Shown piece after piece: positions 9,686 to 19,431 of a DNA stretch of 64,000 nt (the first letter of the stretch is position 1; each line of letters begins with the position of its first letter). Below the pieces are notes generated by a model, which worked only from the letters and a program-made list of their open reading frames with translations, was not told the DNA's origin and made no database searches. The translations under genes were made by a program, and so were the position numbers. The stretch covers positions 59,193 to 123,192 of the forward strand of contig JAXKGN010000005.1 of the NCBI GenBank assembly GCA_036550355.1, given 5' to 3'. The stretch is from Collinsella sp. GTDB taxonomy: Bacteria; Actinomycetota; Coriobacteriia; Coriobacteriales; Coriobacteriaceae.

Positions 9686-11932
9686 TTACGCTTTCTTGGC
9701 AGGAGCCTTAACAGCAGCTGCCTTGGCCTTGGGAGCAGCCTTTTTGGTGGCTGCCTTTTTGGCTGTGGTCTTGGAAGCGGACTTGGTAGCCTTCGCCTTG
9801 GCCGGAGTCTTCTTTGCGGCAGCGGGCTTGGGCTTCACCGAGGAGGTGCGCTTGCGCGTTGCCTTCTTGGGCTCCTCGACCACGGGCGGCTTGTAGCTGC
9901 TGGGGCCTCGGCGCTTAAGCACCACGCCTGCCAGGCCGGGCACCTTCATCTCGATGGAGTCCATCTGCCCGTTCCAGGGATAGGGCTCGCTCGAGCAGGT
10001 GTAGGGCTCCTCGTCGGCGTATCCGCTGCCACCAAACTCGGGACGATCGGAATCGAAGATGACCTCCCAGTCACCCTCGCGCGGCACGCCCACGCGGAAG
10101 CTCTCGTAGCTCGCCGGGTCAAAGTTGATCAGGATCACCAGGTCATCGTCGACGTCCTCGCCCTGGCGCACAAAGCTCACGATGGACTGCTTGGAGTTGT
10201 CCGCGTCGATCCAGGTAAAGCCGTCGTCGGTGTAGCCGCGCTCGTACAGGGCGGGCTCGGCGGTGTACAGGTGGTTGAGCGCCTTGATAAACGCCTGATG
10301 ATGACGGTGGGTCTCGTACTCTTCGGTCAGGAACCACTGAATGGACTCGTAGTAGCGCCACTCAATAAACTGGCCGATCTCGTTGCCCATAAAGTTGAGC
10401 TTGGCACCGGGGTGCGTCATCTGGTAGAAGGCCAGCGTGCGCAGGCCGGCAAACTGGCGCCACCAGTCGCCCGGCATGCGGCCGATGAGCGAGCACTTGC
10501 CGTGCACGACCTCGTCATGGCTCAGCGGGCAAATAAAGTTCTCGGTAAAGGCATACATGATGGAGAACGTGAGCAGGCCGTGGTTGCCGGGGCGCCACGG
10601 AAAATCGGTCTGCATGTAGTGCAGGGTGTCGTTCATCCAGCCCATATCCCACTTGTAGTGGAAGCCCAGGCCGCCGTCCTGCGGCGGATAGGTCACGAGC
10701 GGCCACGCGGTGGATTCCTCGGCCATCATCATCACGTCGGGGTAGTGCGCCTCTACAGCGCAGTTGACCTGGCGGATAAACGCGCTGGCGTCCAGGTCCT
10801 CCTCGGTACCGTACTTGTTGAACTTCTTTTGGCCGGGATCGTCGATACCAAAGTTGAGGTACAGCATACTGGACACGCCGTCCATGCGGATGCCGTCTAC
10901 GTGGAAGTTCTCGAGCCAGTACAGCACGTTGGAAACCAGGAAGGAGCGGACCTCGCCGCGGGCGAAATCGAACTTGTGCGTGCCCCAGTTGGGGTGAATC
11001 TCGTGCTCAAACAGCATGTGACCGTTAAAGGTGGCAAGGCCGTGTGAGTCGGCGCAAAAACCGCCGGGCACCCAGTCCATGATCACCCCAATGCCCGCCT
11101 CGTGGCACGCATCGATAAAGTGCATGAGCTGCTGCGGGTTGCCGTAGCGCGACGTGGCGGCGTAGTAGCCGGTCGTCTGGTAACCCCAGGAGCCATCGAA
11201 GGGATGCTCCATAAGCGGCATGACCTCGATATGCGTATAGCCCATGTCGCGGACATAGTTCACGAGCTCAACCGACAGGTCGTCGTAGGTGTAAAACTCA
11301 CCGCGCTGCGCGGGGAAGGGATCCATGGGACCGGGGTAGTTGCCGTACTCGTCCGGCTCGCCCTGCGGCGCGTCGCCGTGGCGCTTCCACGAGCCAATAT
11401 GAACCTCGTAGATGTTAAGGGGCTGCGACATGTGGTTATGGCTGGCACGGCGCTTGAGCCATGCAGCATCGTTCCACTGGTAGCCATCGAGGGTCCACAG
11501 CACGCTCGCGGTACCCGGAGGGCACTCGGCCTTAAAGGCGTACGGATCGGCCTTGTAGAGCTTTTCGCCCTCGTTGGTCTCGATGAGATATTTATAGAGC
11601 TGACCCTGCTCGGCGCCAGGAATAAAGCCTTCCCAAATAGCGCTCGTATGCACGGGCACCAGCGGGTTGGCTTGCTCATCCCAGTCGTTAAATTCACCAA
11701 TGACATGGACGCTCTTTACGTTGGGCGCCCAAACGCAAAAACGCCAGCCGCGCGTACGGTTCTGCGTGTCGGGATGCGCGCCCATCTTTTCCCAGCTGCG
11801 CTCCCACGTGCCGATGCCAAACAGGTAGACATCGTCCTTGGTGAGCTCCGGTGCATGCGGGGCGGCTTTACGGGTAGCAGGCTTTTTGGTTGCTGGCTTT
11901 AGCTTTGTATCGCTCACGTTTGATCCCATCAT
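9686..11932 (-). CDS. glgB: 1,4-alpha-glucan branching enzyme with Lys/Ala-rich termini
   Basis: WAPN, YEVHIGSW, SWGYQ, FHVDGIRMDGV, AEEST and LSHDEVVHGK motifs; start 11932 or 11929. Confidence 0.96.
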   Translation of the reverse strand: MMGSNVSDTKLKPATKKPATRKAAPHAPELTKDDVYLFGIGTWERSWEKMGAHPDTQNRTRGWRFCVWAPNVKSVHVIGEFNDWDEQANPLVPVHTSAIWEGFIPGAEQGQLYKYLIETNEGEKLYKADPYAFKAECPPGTASVLWTLDGYQWNDAAWLKRRASHNHMSQPLNIYEVHIGSWKRHGDAPQGEPDEYGNYPGPMDPFPAQRGEFYTYDDLSVELVNYVRDMGYTHIEVMPLMEHPFDGSWGYQTTGYYAATSRYGNPQQLMHFIDACHEAGIGVIMDWVPGGFCADSHGLATFNGHMLFEHEIHPNWGTHKFDFARGEVRSFLVSNVLYWLENFHVDGIRMDGVSSMLYLNFGIDDPGQKKFNKYGTEEDLDASAFIRQVNCAVEAHYPDVMMMAEESTAWPLVTYPPQDGGLGFHYKWDMGWMNDTLHYMQTDFPWRPGNHGLLTFSIMYAFTENFICPLSHDEVVHGKCSLIGRMPGDWWRQFAGLRTLAFYQMTHPGAKLNFMGNEIGQFIEWRYYESIQWFLTEEYETHRHHQAFIKALNHLYTAEPALYERGYTDDGFTWIDADNSKQSIVSFVRQGEDVDDDLVILINFDPASYESFRVGVPREGDWEVIFDSDRPEFGGSGYADEEPYTCSSEPYPWNGQMDSIEMKVPGLAGVVLKRRGPSSYKPPVVEEPKKATRKRTSSVKPKPAAAKKTPAKAKATKSASKTTAKKAATKKAAPKAKAAAVKAPAKKA

Positions 11933-12263
11933 GACGCGGCAGCGTATTGCCTTGGTGACTAAATGCGAAAGGTCCAAGGCTGCACGAATCGATGGGACGG
12001 CAAAGTTTCAGTGATTCGTTCCACCTCGCGTGCTCGGTGAAACTTTCGGCACAAATTAAGATAGCACCTGTACGTTACTTTTATGAACGAAAGAGGATTT
12101 GCGGTGGCGTTTAATCGGTAAGCGCCATGTTTATACCACTTGCAGAATTGCCGTGGTAAAACTCTTGACAGTTTTACCAATTAGCGTTTCTAGATTGTTA
12201 GGTTGACGTTTGGTAAAACGTTTTTAGCAGGTTGTTTACCATTTGACATCGAAAGGCTCGTTT

Positions 12264-12953
12264 ATGAACCACATCGCTGCCCCAAGTGTTGCTTTTATTT
12301 TCGATTGCGACGGCACGCTGGTTAATAGCACCCCCGTTTGGGCCTATGCCCAGCCCGAGTTATTGCACCGCCACGGCATTGACGTGACGGTCGACGATTT
12401 TGCCCAGTTTGAGCATTTGTCGCTCGAGGACGAGTGCCAGGCCTACCACGACATCTGGGGCATTGGTGAAAATGGCGAGGAGCTGTATCGCGAGCTGAGC
12501 GACATCCTGATCGATGGCTATTCCAAGGTGCCGCCGCGCGAGGGTCTGCTTGCATTTTTGAATCAGGCGCAGGAGGCCGGTATTGCCATGTGCGTTGCCA
12601 CGTCCACGCCGGCCGAGCTGGTTACGTCTGCGCTTGCGGGCGCCGGGCTTAATGCCTATATGGAGTTTATTACCACCACGGGCGAGGCGGGGCGCTCCAA
12701 GCAGTTCCCCGACGTATACGAGATGGCGCTGCGACGCCTAGAGGAGCGTCACGGGCATAAGTTTGAGCGTGCATGGGTGTTTGAGGACGCTGTCTTTGGC
12801 CTTAAGAGCTCTGGCACCGCCGGCTTTAAGCGCGTGGGTATTTATGACCCGCTCGGTCGCATGGAGCGCGACGAGGTTCGTGACAACTGCGAGATCTTTA
12901 TCGATAGCTATGAGGACCTTGATCTGGCCCGCGTGCTTGCGTTTGAGGGTTAG
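12264..12953 (+). CDS. HAD-family phosphatase
   Basis: FDCDGTL motif I and VFEDA motif IV; RBS GAAAGG before the ATG. Confidence 0.88.
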   Translation: MNHIAAPSVAFIFDCDGTLVNSTPVWAYAQPELLHRHGIDVTVDDFAQFEHLSLEDECQAYHDIWGIGENGEELYRELSDILIDGYSKVPPREGLLAFLNQAQEAGIAMCVATSTPAELVTSALAGAGLNAYMEFITTTGEAGRSKQFPDVYEMALRRLEERHGHKFERAWVFEDAVFGLKSSGTAGFKRVGIYDPLGRMERDEVRDNCEIFIDSYEDLDLARVLAFEG

Positions 12954-12962
12954 GCGAGAGCT

Positions 12963-13604
12963 GTGGCTTGCAAGGTATTAGTGGTTTGCGGCTCGCCCGT
13001 GGTTGCGAGCGCGGATCTGTTGCGTAGGCTAGCAGGGGAGTGCGACCACGTCGTCGCTGTGGATCGCGGGCTCGACGCGCTGCTGGGCGCAGGGCTGGGC
13101 TGCGATGTATATGTGGGAGATGCCGACACGGTGAGCGACGCCGGCCGTGCGTTGGTCGATGCCGCCGAGACCTTTGAGGTAGAGCGTCACGACCCATACA
13201 AGGACTATACCGATCTGGCGCTGGCGTTCAATTCCGTCCGCCGTCGCTGGCCGGGTGCCGAAGTGGTTGCGACCTGCGCTACCGGCGGCCGTCCCGACAT
13301 GGCGCTTTCCGTACTGGGGCTGCTCGCGGGCTACGAGGATGCCCCTATCTGGATTGCCGAGGACAAGGTAGTCGCCCGCATCCTTCACGCAGGCGAATCG
13401 TGGACCATCGAGGGCGCCGAAGGCAAGACGTTCTCCATCATCGCCATAGCCCCCAACACCGAGGTTAGCGAGCACGGCCTAGAGTGGGAGCTGGACCACA
13501 GTCCCCTGGGCCTGTTAGCCGATACAGGCATCAGCAACGTCGTCAGGTCAACAGCCAAGATTCAAGTCCACGCTGGTACTGCCATCGCTTACCTTTATCA
13601 ATAG
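12963..13604 (+). CDS. thiN: Thiamine pyrophosphokinase
   Basis: AVDRG, VGDADT, KDYTDL, GGRPD, GLEWEL and GISN motifs. Confidence 0.88.
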   Translation: MACKVLVVCGSPVVASADLLRRLAGECDHVVAVDRGLDALLGAGLGCDVYVGDADTVSDAGRALVDAAETFEVERHDPYKDYTDLALAFNSVRRRWPGAEVVATCATGGRPDMALSVLGLLAGYEDAPIWIAEDKVVARILHAGESWTIEGAEGKTFSIIAIAPNTEVSEHGLEWELDHSPLGLLADTGISNVVRSTAKIQVHAGTAIAYLYQ

Positions 13605-13632
13605 GCATTTAGATTCTGACCCAAAAAAGTCC

Positions 13633-13661
13633 TTGCACGTCGCGCCAACTTCCCCTATAGT
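13633..13661 (+). promoter_or_regulatory. Sigma70-type promoter of tRNA-Ala
   Basis: TTGCAC-17 bp-TATAGT. Confidence 0.75.
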
Positions 13662-13674
13662 ATCTCATCGTCAC

Positions 13675-13750
13675 GGGGGCGTAGCTCAGCTGGGAGAGCG
13701 CTTGACTGGCAGTCAAGAGGTCAGGGGTTCGATCCCCCTCGTCTCCACCA
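13675..13750 (+). tRNA. tRNA-Ala(GGC)
   Basis: Cloverleaf, G3:U70 pair, anticodon loop CT-GGC-AG, GTTCGA T-loop, encoded CCA. Confidence 0.97.
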
Positions 13751-13760
13751 TCGTGAATGC

Positions 13761-13789
13761 AAAGCCTTCGGGAAACCGGAGGCTTTTTT
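13761..13789 (+). terminator. Intrinsic terminator after tRNA-Ala
   Basis: AAGCCTTCGG-GAAA-CCGGAGGCTT followed by a T tract. Confidence 0.8.
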
Positions 13790-14263
13790 CATATGCAGCA
13801 ACTGCCAAATTTAAGTGACGTCACGCCAACACCAAATACCGCAAAAAGTTGCGCAATTTATTTCCCACTTCTGTACTTACTTTGTTAACCCAACATAATT
13901 CCTTTTTGCATTTCTCGCTGTCAGCGTTGTAGTTTGGGCTGCGCGCACCAAGAGCCACACCCACATAAACCTGCGTCAATGTGAACAAGTTTGCAAAATA
14001 ACCCCCTTAAGCACTGCAAATGGACGAAATGTTGCCTCGTGCGGCCTAAATCGGTTTCTAGCCGCCTTGTGCTACGATACATATCATTACATGGGTTCAA
14101 CTGCGCTCACGGCTTAACCGGTCGCGAAGCACAGGGCAGATCAGCATCCGGCCGTAACGGCGGTGCCAGAAAAACCACGAGCTCCAATAGCGTCGTCATG
14201 CATATCGCATCGAAGGACTTTGTTCTTGTCTAAGTGCAAGCTGTTATTTCGAATCGATATTTC

Positions 14264-14362
14264 ATGACAAATGCGCAGCAGTCTGCAGCTGGCTGCGTGC
14301 GGTTCAGTTTTGTTCCCGCTTGACTGGATCGCACGCAGCCAGCTGGGGACGCGGTCATTTTT
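14264..14362 (+). promoter_or_regulatory. Long leader hairpin followed by a T tract (candidate attenuator)
   Basis: 15-bp perfect stem 14286-14300/14331-14345, continued by a 9-bp G:U-containing stem; outer ATGAC/GTCAT pair; TTTTT at 14358-14362. Confidence 0.6.
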
Positions 14363-14432
14363 GCGATACACTTCCGCGTCTCTAGCCACTGCGCTTATAC
14401 ATACCGTTCACGGTGGGGCAGAGCCGCGTGCT

Positions 14433-14527
14433 TGTCTAACTGGGCTCAGGGTTTGAATATGGAGCGCCTTCGCGCACAAGCGCCCTGGCGAAGCCATACC
14501 CAAACCCCGTGAGCCACACGTAAGACA
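14433..14527 (+). ncRNA. Candidate cis-regulatory multi-stem RNA directly upstream of the loaP-like gene
   Basis: Nested pairs TGTCT/AGACA, GGCTCA/TGAGCC, GGGTTTG/CAAACCC, TATGG/CCATA and CTTCGC/GCGAAG. Confidence 0.55.
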
Positions 14528-14544
14528 GCAAGGGGGTGGTGCTC

Positions 14545-15090
14545 GTGTGGTATGTGATCCAGGTCATTAACGGTCGCGAAGACGTAATGCGCGAGCGCAT
14601 TGAGCGCGTGGTGCCGCAGGGCGCCATGCAGGAGCTCTTTTATCCCCAATTTCAAACCGAGATCAAGGTGCACGGCGAATGGGTCAATACGACCAAGCCG
14701 CTCTTTCCCGGTTATCTCATCTGCGATACGGCAGATCCCCGCACCGTGCAACAGTGCCTGCTGCGCATGGACGACTTTGCCCGGGTGCTTTCCCAGGATG
14801 GTCAGTTTGTGCCGCTGGCAAAAGAAGAGACCCAGCTCATTGGCAGCTTTACGCATAGGGGAGACCGCGTGGTGCCCATGAGCGAGGCCTTAAAGGACGG
14901 CGACCAGGTCGTAGTGACGGCAGGTCCGCTGCTGGGCCACGAAGGCCTTATCAAAACCATTAACAGACGCAAGAGCACTGCTTATCTGGAGCTCGACCTG
15001 TGCGGCCGACGCGTGACTACCCGCGTTGGCCTTGCCGTGCTTTCAGCCGAGCAGCGCGTAATTCGAAACCTTAAAAAGGCGATTGCCTAG
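14545..15090 (+). CDS. LoaP/UpxY-family transcription antiterminator (NusG paralogue)
   Basis: WYVIQV, PLFPGY (NGN domain) and GDQVVVTAGPL (KOW domain); first gene of the polysaccharide operon. Confidence 0.9.
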   Translation: MWYVIQVINGREDVMRERIERVVPQGAMQELFYPQFQTEIKVHGEWVNTTKPLFPGYLICDTADPRTVQQCLLRMDDFARVLSQDGQFVPLAKEETQLIGSFTHRGDRVVPMSEALKDGDQVVVTAGPLLGHEGLIKTINRRKSTAYLELDLCGRRVTTRVGLAVLSAEQRVIRNLKKAIA

Positions 15091-15145
15091 CTGCTGGCGG
15101 CTGTTTAAAGGGACAGGGAGGATCCCCAGGGGCGGGGACGTAGGT

Positions 15146-15859
15146 TTGAAGGAAATTGTGATAGATAAAACGGAATATAACGGTGCCGCAGCTGTTGGAG
15201 CTAAGCCAGCTGCTTTAGTAATTAAGCCGAGCGGTACATTGGCTTATCGATTTCTTAAGCGGCTTTTCGATTTTGTATTTAGCCTTTGCGTGAGCGTTGT
15301 GCTCTTCATTCCCATTGTGGTCGTGTGTGCGTTCATCTGTCTTGAGTCCTCTGGCAGCCCTGTTTACTCGCAGGAGCGTCTTGGCAAGGGCGGTAAGACC
15401 ATCAAGATCCTTAAGCTTCGCAGCATGGTTGCGGATGCCGGCAACGTGCAGAAGTATCTGAGTCCTGAGCAGCTGCATCAGTGGGAAGTCGAGCGCAAGG
15501 TCGACGATGATCCCCGTATTACCAAAGTCGGGCAGTTCATCCGCAAGTGTTCCATTGATGAGATGCCGCAGTTCCTGAACGTGCTGAACGGCGACCTTTC
15601 CGTCATCGGTCCGCGTCCCATAACGAGAGACGAACTTGAACAGCACTTTTCCGATGAGGAAAAGGCTGAGCTGCTTTCTGTCCAGCCCGGCATTACGGGC
15701 CTGTGGCAGGCGACTGACCGCAATGCCGCGACGTTCGAGAGCGGTCTGCGACAGAAGATTGAACTCCACTACGTGCGCAATCGCTGTTTCCGCATGGACT
15801 GGAAATGCTTTACCGGCACTTTTGGTGCCATGTTCGGCAAAAATAAAACGGGGAAGTAA
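15146..15859 (+). CDS. Priming sugar transferase (polyprenyl phosphoglycosyltransferase)
   Basis: KRLFD, KLRSM, DDPRITKVG, SIDEMPQ, IGPRP and PGITGLWQ motifs; start uncertain. Confidence 0.92.
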   Translation: MKEIVIDKTEYNGAAAVGAKPAALVIKPSGTLAYRFLKRLFDFVFSLCVSVVLFIPIVVVCAFICLESSGSPVYSQERLGKGGKTIKILKLRSMVADAGNVQKYLSPEQLHQWEVERKVDDDPRITKVGQFIRKCSIDEMPQFLNVLNGDLSVIGPRPITRDELEQHFSDEEKAELLSVQPGITGLWQATDRNAATFESGLRQKIELHYVRNRCFRMDWKCFTGTFGAMFGKNKTGK

Positions 15860-17071
15860 ATGAATATTTTATATATCACCATGGATGGCTTCGACACCGC
15901 GAGTCCTAATAACCAGATGGCAGAGCAACTCATTGACGGTTTTTTAAAATTGGGTAACCGCGTCCACCTTATTCAGAGCGAACGGAAGCACACCTATGAT
16001 GTGCTTCCGGGGACGCTCGTAGGACGCGATGGGCTGACCGTGGACACGCTCTCGCGCAAAGTCATTGACAAGAGCAACTTCGTTGTGCGTTATCTTGATG
16101 AAGCGAAGTACGCCTTCCAAATGATTTCTTACGCGATTAAACGCCGCGATTTTGATGTGGTGTTTCTCCAGTCTTGTCCCACGGTGTTTTTCCAAGAGGT
16201 GCTTCTCAAACTGTTTGTGCGCAAACCTGTGCTCTACAACGTCTACGATGTGTGGCCGGGTCAGACAAAGAGCCTGAACATTAATAAAATGGTTTACGCT
16301 GGTATGGACCTGCTCTCTCGGGCTGTGTACCGCATGTCGTCGGCGGTTGTGGTGCTCTCCGAGGACATGGTGGAGGCATGCGCCGATGCGGGCTGTCCTC
16401 GCTCCAAACTGCATATCGTTCCACCCTGGTTTGATGACCGTAGAAACTACGACATACCCTGGGAGAAGAATCGCTTCGTCAAGAAATTCGATATCTCCCA
16501 CGACAAGTTCTACGTTCAGTTTGCTGGCAGCGTTGGACTGCAGTTCAATTGGAAGACAATGTTCGAGGTGGCTAAGCTTTTGCGTGACGAGCCCGACATC
16601 GTGGTGCAAATCATCGGTGACGGCTGCGTGAAGAAGGATTTCATGGACGCTGTGGACGCCGAGGGCCTTACTAACGTTGCGTTCTACCCACTGCAACCCG
16701 TCGATATGGTGCCTGATGTGTACTCCACTGGCGATGTGTGCTTAATTCCCCTGCGTCGTGAGGTCATCTACACGGGTACTCCATCCAAGATGCCCATCCT
16801 ACTCGCTTGCGGCAAGGCAATCGTGAGCTCTGTAGAAAAAGACTCGCTCTATGCCGCCATGGTAGAGCGCGAGGATTTGGGCGTTTGCGTTGAGATTGAT
16901 AACGCCGAGGAGTTGGCCACGGCCATACGAACGCTCCATGGTGACCCTGAGCGCCTGACGCGCCTATGCGAGCACGGAAGAGCATATGCACGTGAAAACC
17001 TTTCGCGCACTGTGTGTGTGAAGAGAATGGAACAGGTGCTCGAGGGTATCCGCAGGGGCGGTGAAGCCTAA
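15860..17071 (+). CDS. GT4 glycosyltransferase (WbuB-like, candidate L-FucNAc transferase)
   Basis: DVWP, FAGSVG and PSKMPILLACGK GT-B motifs; fnlABC present in the locus. Confidence 0.8.
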   Translation: MNILYITMDGFDTASPNNQMAEQLIDGFLKLGNRVHLIQSERKHTYDVLPGTLVGRDGLTVDTLSRKVIDKSNFVVRYLDEAKYAFQMISYAIKRRDFDVVFLQSCPTVFFQEVLLKLFVRKPVLYNVYDVWPGQTKSLNINKMVYAGMDLLSRAVYRMSSAVVVLSEDMVEACADAGCPRSKLHIVPPWFDDRRNYDIPWEKNRFVKKFDISHDKFYVQFAGSVGLQFNWKTMFEVAKLLRDEPDIVVQIIGDGCVKKDFMDAVDAEGLTNVAFYPLQPVDMVPDVYSTGDVCLIPLRREVIYTGTPSKMPILLACGKAIVSSVEKDSLYAAMVEREDLGVCVEIDNAEELATAIRTLHGDPERLTRLCEHGRAYARENLSRTVCVKRMEQVLEGIRRGGEA

Positions 17072-18153
17072 TGAAGGTACTCTTGCTTGGTTTTGTTCGT
17101 ATAGCCCATATGCCCTATATGTACGACTACGTTCGTCTACTGGGTGGCACGAATGAGCTTCATTTGGTCAGTTGGAACCGTAACGGGCGCCCCGATGTGG
17201 CCGTACCGAAAGGTATTTCCAAGTCTTTTGTGTTCGGCGATCACGTGGAGGATGCCGACCCCATTCAGAAGAAGCTGCCGCACTTCGCGCGATTTCGAAA
17301 GTTCGCCTTGGGCGTCATTGACTCCGAGGGCTATGACCGGATTGTGGTACTGCATTCGACGCCAGGTATTACAATTCTCGATCGCCTGAAGGGGGACTTT
17401 CGCGGCAGGTATATCCTCGACTACCGCGATGTTAGCCATGAGAGTTTAGGATTTTATCGGAAGCTCATTCTTCTATTGTCACGGAATGCTGGTCTTGTGC
17501 TGGCGAGCTCTCCGGCATTCTTCAGGTATCTCGACAACGCTGCCGGCGTGATGCTTAAGCACAACCTGCTGGCCTCCGAGTGCCCTCCGAGGAGGAAAGT
17601 GTTCTCGGAGGGTGCGCCCATTCGCGTGCGGTACTGGGGCATGATTCGTCATGAGCGAGCCAACATTGCCATGATTGATGCCTTGGGTGGCGACGAGCGC
17701 TTCGAACTGCACTACAACGGCCGAGAGGAAGAGGTCGCCGAGCGCCTTAAGGCTCATGTTGCGGAGCACGGTTTCCACAACGTTTACTTTCATGGTGCCT
17801 ATTATGCTGAGGAGCGCGCTGGCTTCGCTGCCGAGACGGACATTGTTCACAATGTTTACGAAAACGATTTTGTTACCGTTGGAGCCATGGGTAACAAATA
17901 CTACGACGCCGTTCAGTACGGCATCCCGCAGGTGTGTACTCAGGGGTCCATTATGGGCGATGAGGTGAAAACGAAAGGCCTGGGCTTGGCGGTTGACTAC
18001 GAAGCAAAAGGCCTTGCGGACGCAATTTACGAATACTATTGCGGACTGGACCGCGCTGCATTTGACAAGGCCTGTGCTGACGAGCTTGCCTCCGTGCGCG
18101 CCGACAACAACGCGGCCGATGCTGCTATCCGAGCTTTCTTCGGGATGGAGTAG
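17071..18153 (+). CDS. Capsule biosynthesis glycosyltransferase-like protein
   Basis: GT-B-like C-terminus (YWGMIR, NKYYDAVQYGIP); operon context. Confidence 0.65.
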   Translation: MKVLLLGFVRIAHMPYMYDYVRLLGGTNELHLVSWNRNGRPDVAVPKGISKSFVFGDHVEDADPIQKKLPHFARFRKFALGVIDSEGYDRIVVLHSTPGITILDRLKGDFRGRYILDYRDVSHESLGFYRKLILLLSRNAGLVLASSPAFFRYLDNAAGVMLKHNLLASECPPRRKVFSEGAPIRVRYWGMIRHERANIAMIDALGGDERFELHYNGREEEVAERLKAHVAEHGFHNVYFHGAYYAEERAGFAAETDIVHNVYENDFVTVGAMGNKYYDAVQYGIPQVCTQGSIMGDEVKTKGLGLAVDYEAKGLADAIYEYYCGLDRAAFDKACADELASVRADNNAADAAIRAFFGME

Positions 18154-18156
18154 TGG

Positions 18157-19431
18157 ATGGTCGGAATCAACTCAGTTGCCTGGTCGCGGACAATGGGTCC
18201 GGTCGCGATAACGACAACCTCGTTGGCAAACAAGTGTTTCAGCGTACTAATTATTCTTTTGCCCTTTTTACAACAGTATATCGGCTTGGGAAACGTGGTT
18301 TCGCTCGGAGAAATTTTACTTGCCCCCTTCATCCTTGGTTTCCTTATTGCTGACGGGAAAACCATTGGCACTTTGGTTAATCGTTCCCTATTATTTTTCT
18401 ACCTAGTCTCGATTGGGTTAAGTGTCATCGGCGGTTTCCCCTTCGACTACTTCTCCTTCGGCGAGTTTTGGACACTCGTTGCGAGACTTGTTTTTTACGC
18501 AGGTTTAATATTGGTTGCGCGGAGACATTTCACGTGGGACGTCGTTCGAGACCTTTATCTGCTACTCGTCACCGTTGCTGCGCTATACCTGGTCATCCAG
18601 TATGTTTACCATCTTGCGGGCGGCGGCTATCTCCCCATTGTCAAATCTGACAGCCTTGTCTTCTCACCTGAGAAGACCTTTGACACATGGACTGACAAGT
18701 ACCAATGGTATTTCAGGCCGTCCTCACTCTTCCTCGAGCCCAGTTATTATTCACTCTTCACCTTGCCGGCTTTGGTTGCATTTGCCATTGGTGAGAAGGA
18801 TAAATCAATTCCTAGATTTGTTTTGCTGGTGGTCACTTATGCTCTCAGCTCTGCAAACTCCGGTTTGCTTGCCTCGATCGTGGTATTGATCTTATTCCTT
18901 GCTTTCAAAAAGAAGACACAACTTGACTTTCTTGTTGGATCGTTAATGCTTCTCGCTGCTGTTCTGTACCTTCCGTTTCACAATATCGACTGGATGGCCG
19001 CGGCGGGCGAGAGGCTTGCCGCCGGAGGCTCGCTGGATAACAGAGTTATCCGTGGATTCATGTGCTTTGGACTTCTCGGTCCCTTCCATCAGGTTATTGG
19101 GGTCGGCCTTAACAACCTCGGTTCTTATATGAGCTACAACGCGCTGTCCACCGGGTTTGACAGCGACGGCCTAAATTACTGTGCAACGTGGATTCAGACG
19201 CTTAATTATTCTGGAATTGTTGGATTCTGCGCCCTTGTTTTTTATGTTGGATCCTTGTTTAAGCAATGCAAAGGGCGTATGTCTCGAGCCTTGTGCGTAG
19301 TCCTGATCGTTGTCATGGCATATGAGTCAATTCTCTTTTCCTACAGATTTGCTTTCATGGTCATTCTCCTCGAGGGATTCATTCGCTACGAAAGCGCTGC
19401 CGCTGAATGCAAAGCCGGGGTGCAGCAATGA
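18157..19431 (+). CDS. Wzy-like polysaccharide polymerase
   Basis: About 10-11 hydrophobic segments; RPSSLFLEPSY and IGVGLNN loop motifs. Confidence 0.75.
   Translation: MVGINSVAWSRTMGPVAITTTSLANKCFSVLIILLPFLQQYIGLGNVVSLGEILLAPFILGFLIADGKTIGTLVNRSLLFFYLVSIGLSVIGGFPFDYFSFGEFWTLVARLVFYAGLILVARRHFTWDVVRDLYLLLVTVAALYLVIQYVYHLAGGGYLPIVKSDSLVFSPEKTFDTWTDKYQWYFRPSSLFLEPSYYSLFTLPALVAFAIGEKDKSIPRFVLLVVTYALSSANSGLLASIVVLILFLAFKKKTQLDFLVGSLMLLAAVLYLPFHNIDWMAAAGERLAAGGSLDNRVIRGFMCFGLLGPFHQVIGVGLNNLGSYMSYNALSTGFDSDGLNYCATWIQTLNYSGIVGFCALVFYVGSLFKQCKGRMSRALCVVLIVVMAYESILFSYRFAFMVILLEGFIRYESAAAECKAGVQQ

Noticed and set aside
5884..11902. Long plus-strand ORFs of 594, 615, 458 and 266 aa
   Set aside because: Antisense to glgC, glgP and glgB; expected in high-GC3 genes.
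13965..13980. ACGCAGGT on the minus strand as another element core
   Set aside because: No CGG arm at the expected 57-bp distance and no flanking inverted repeat.
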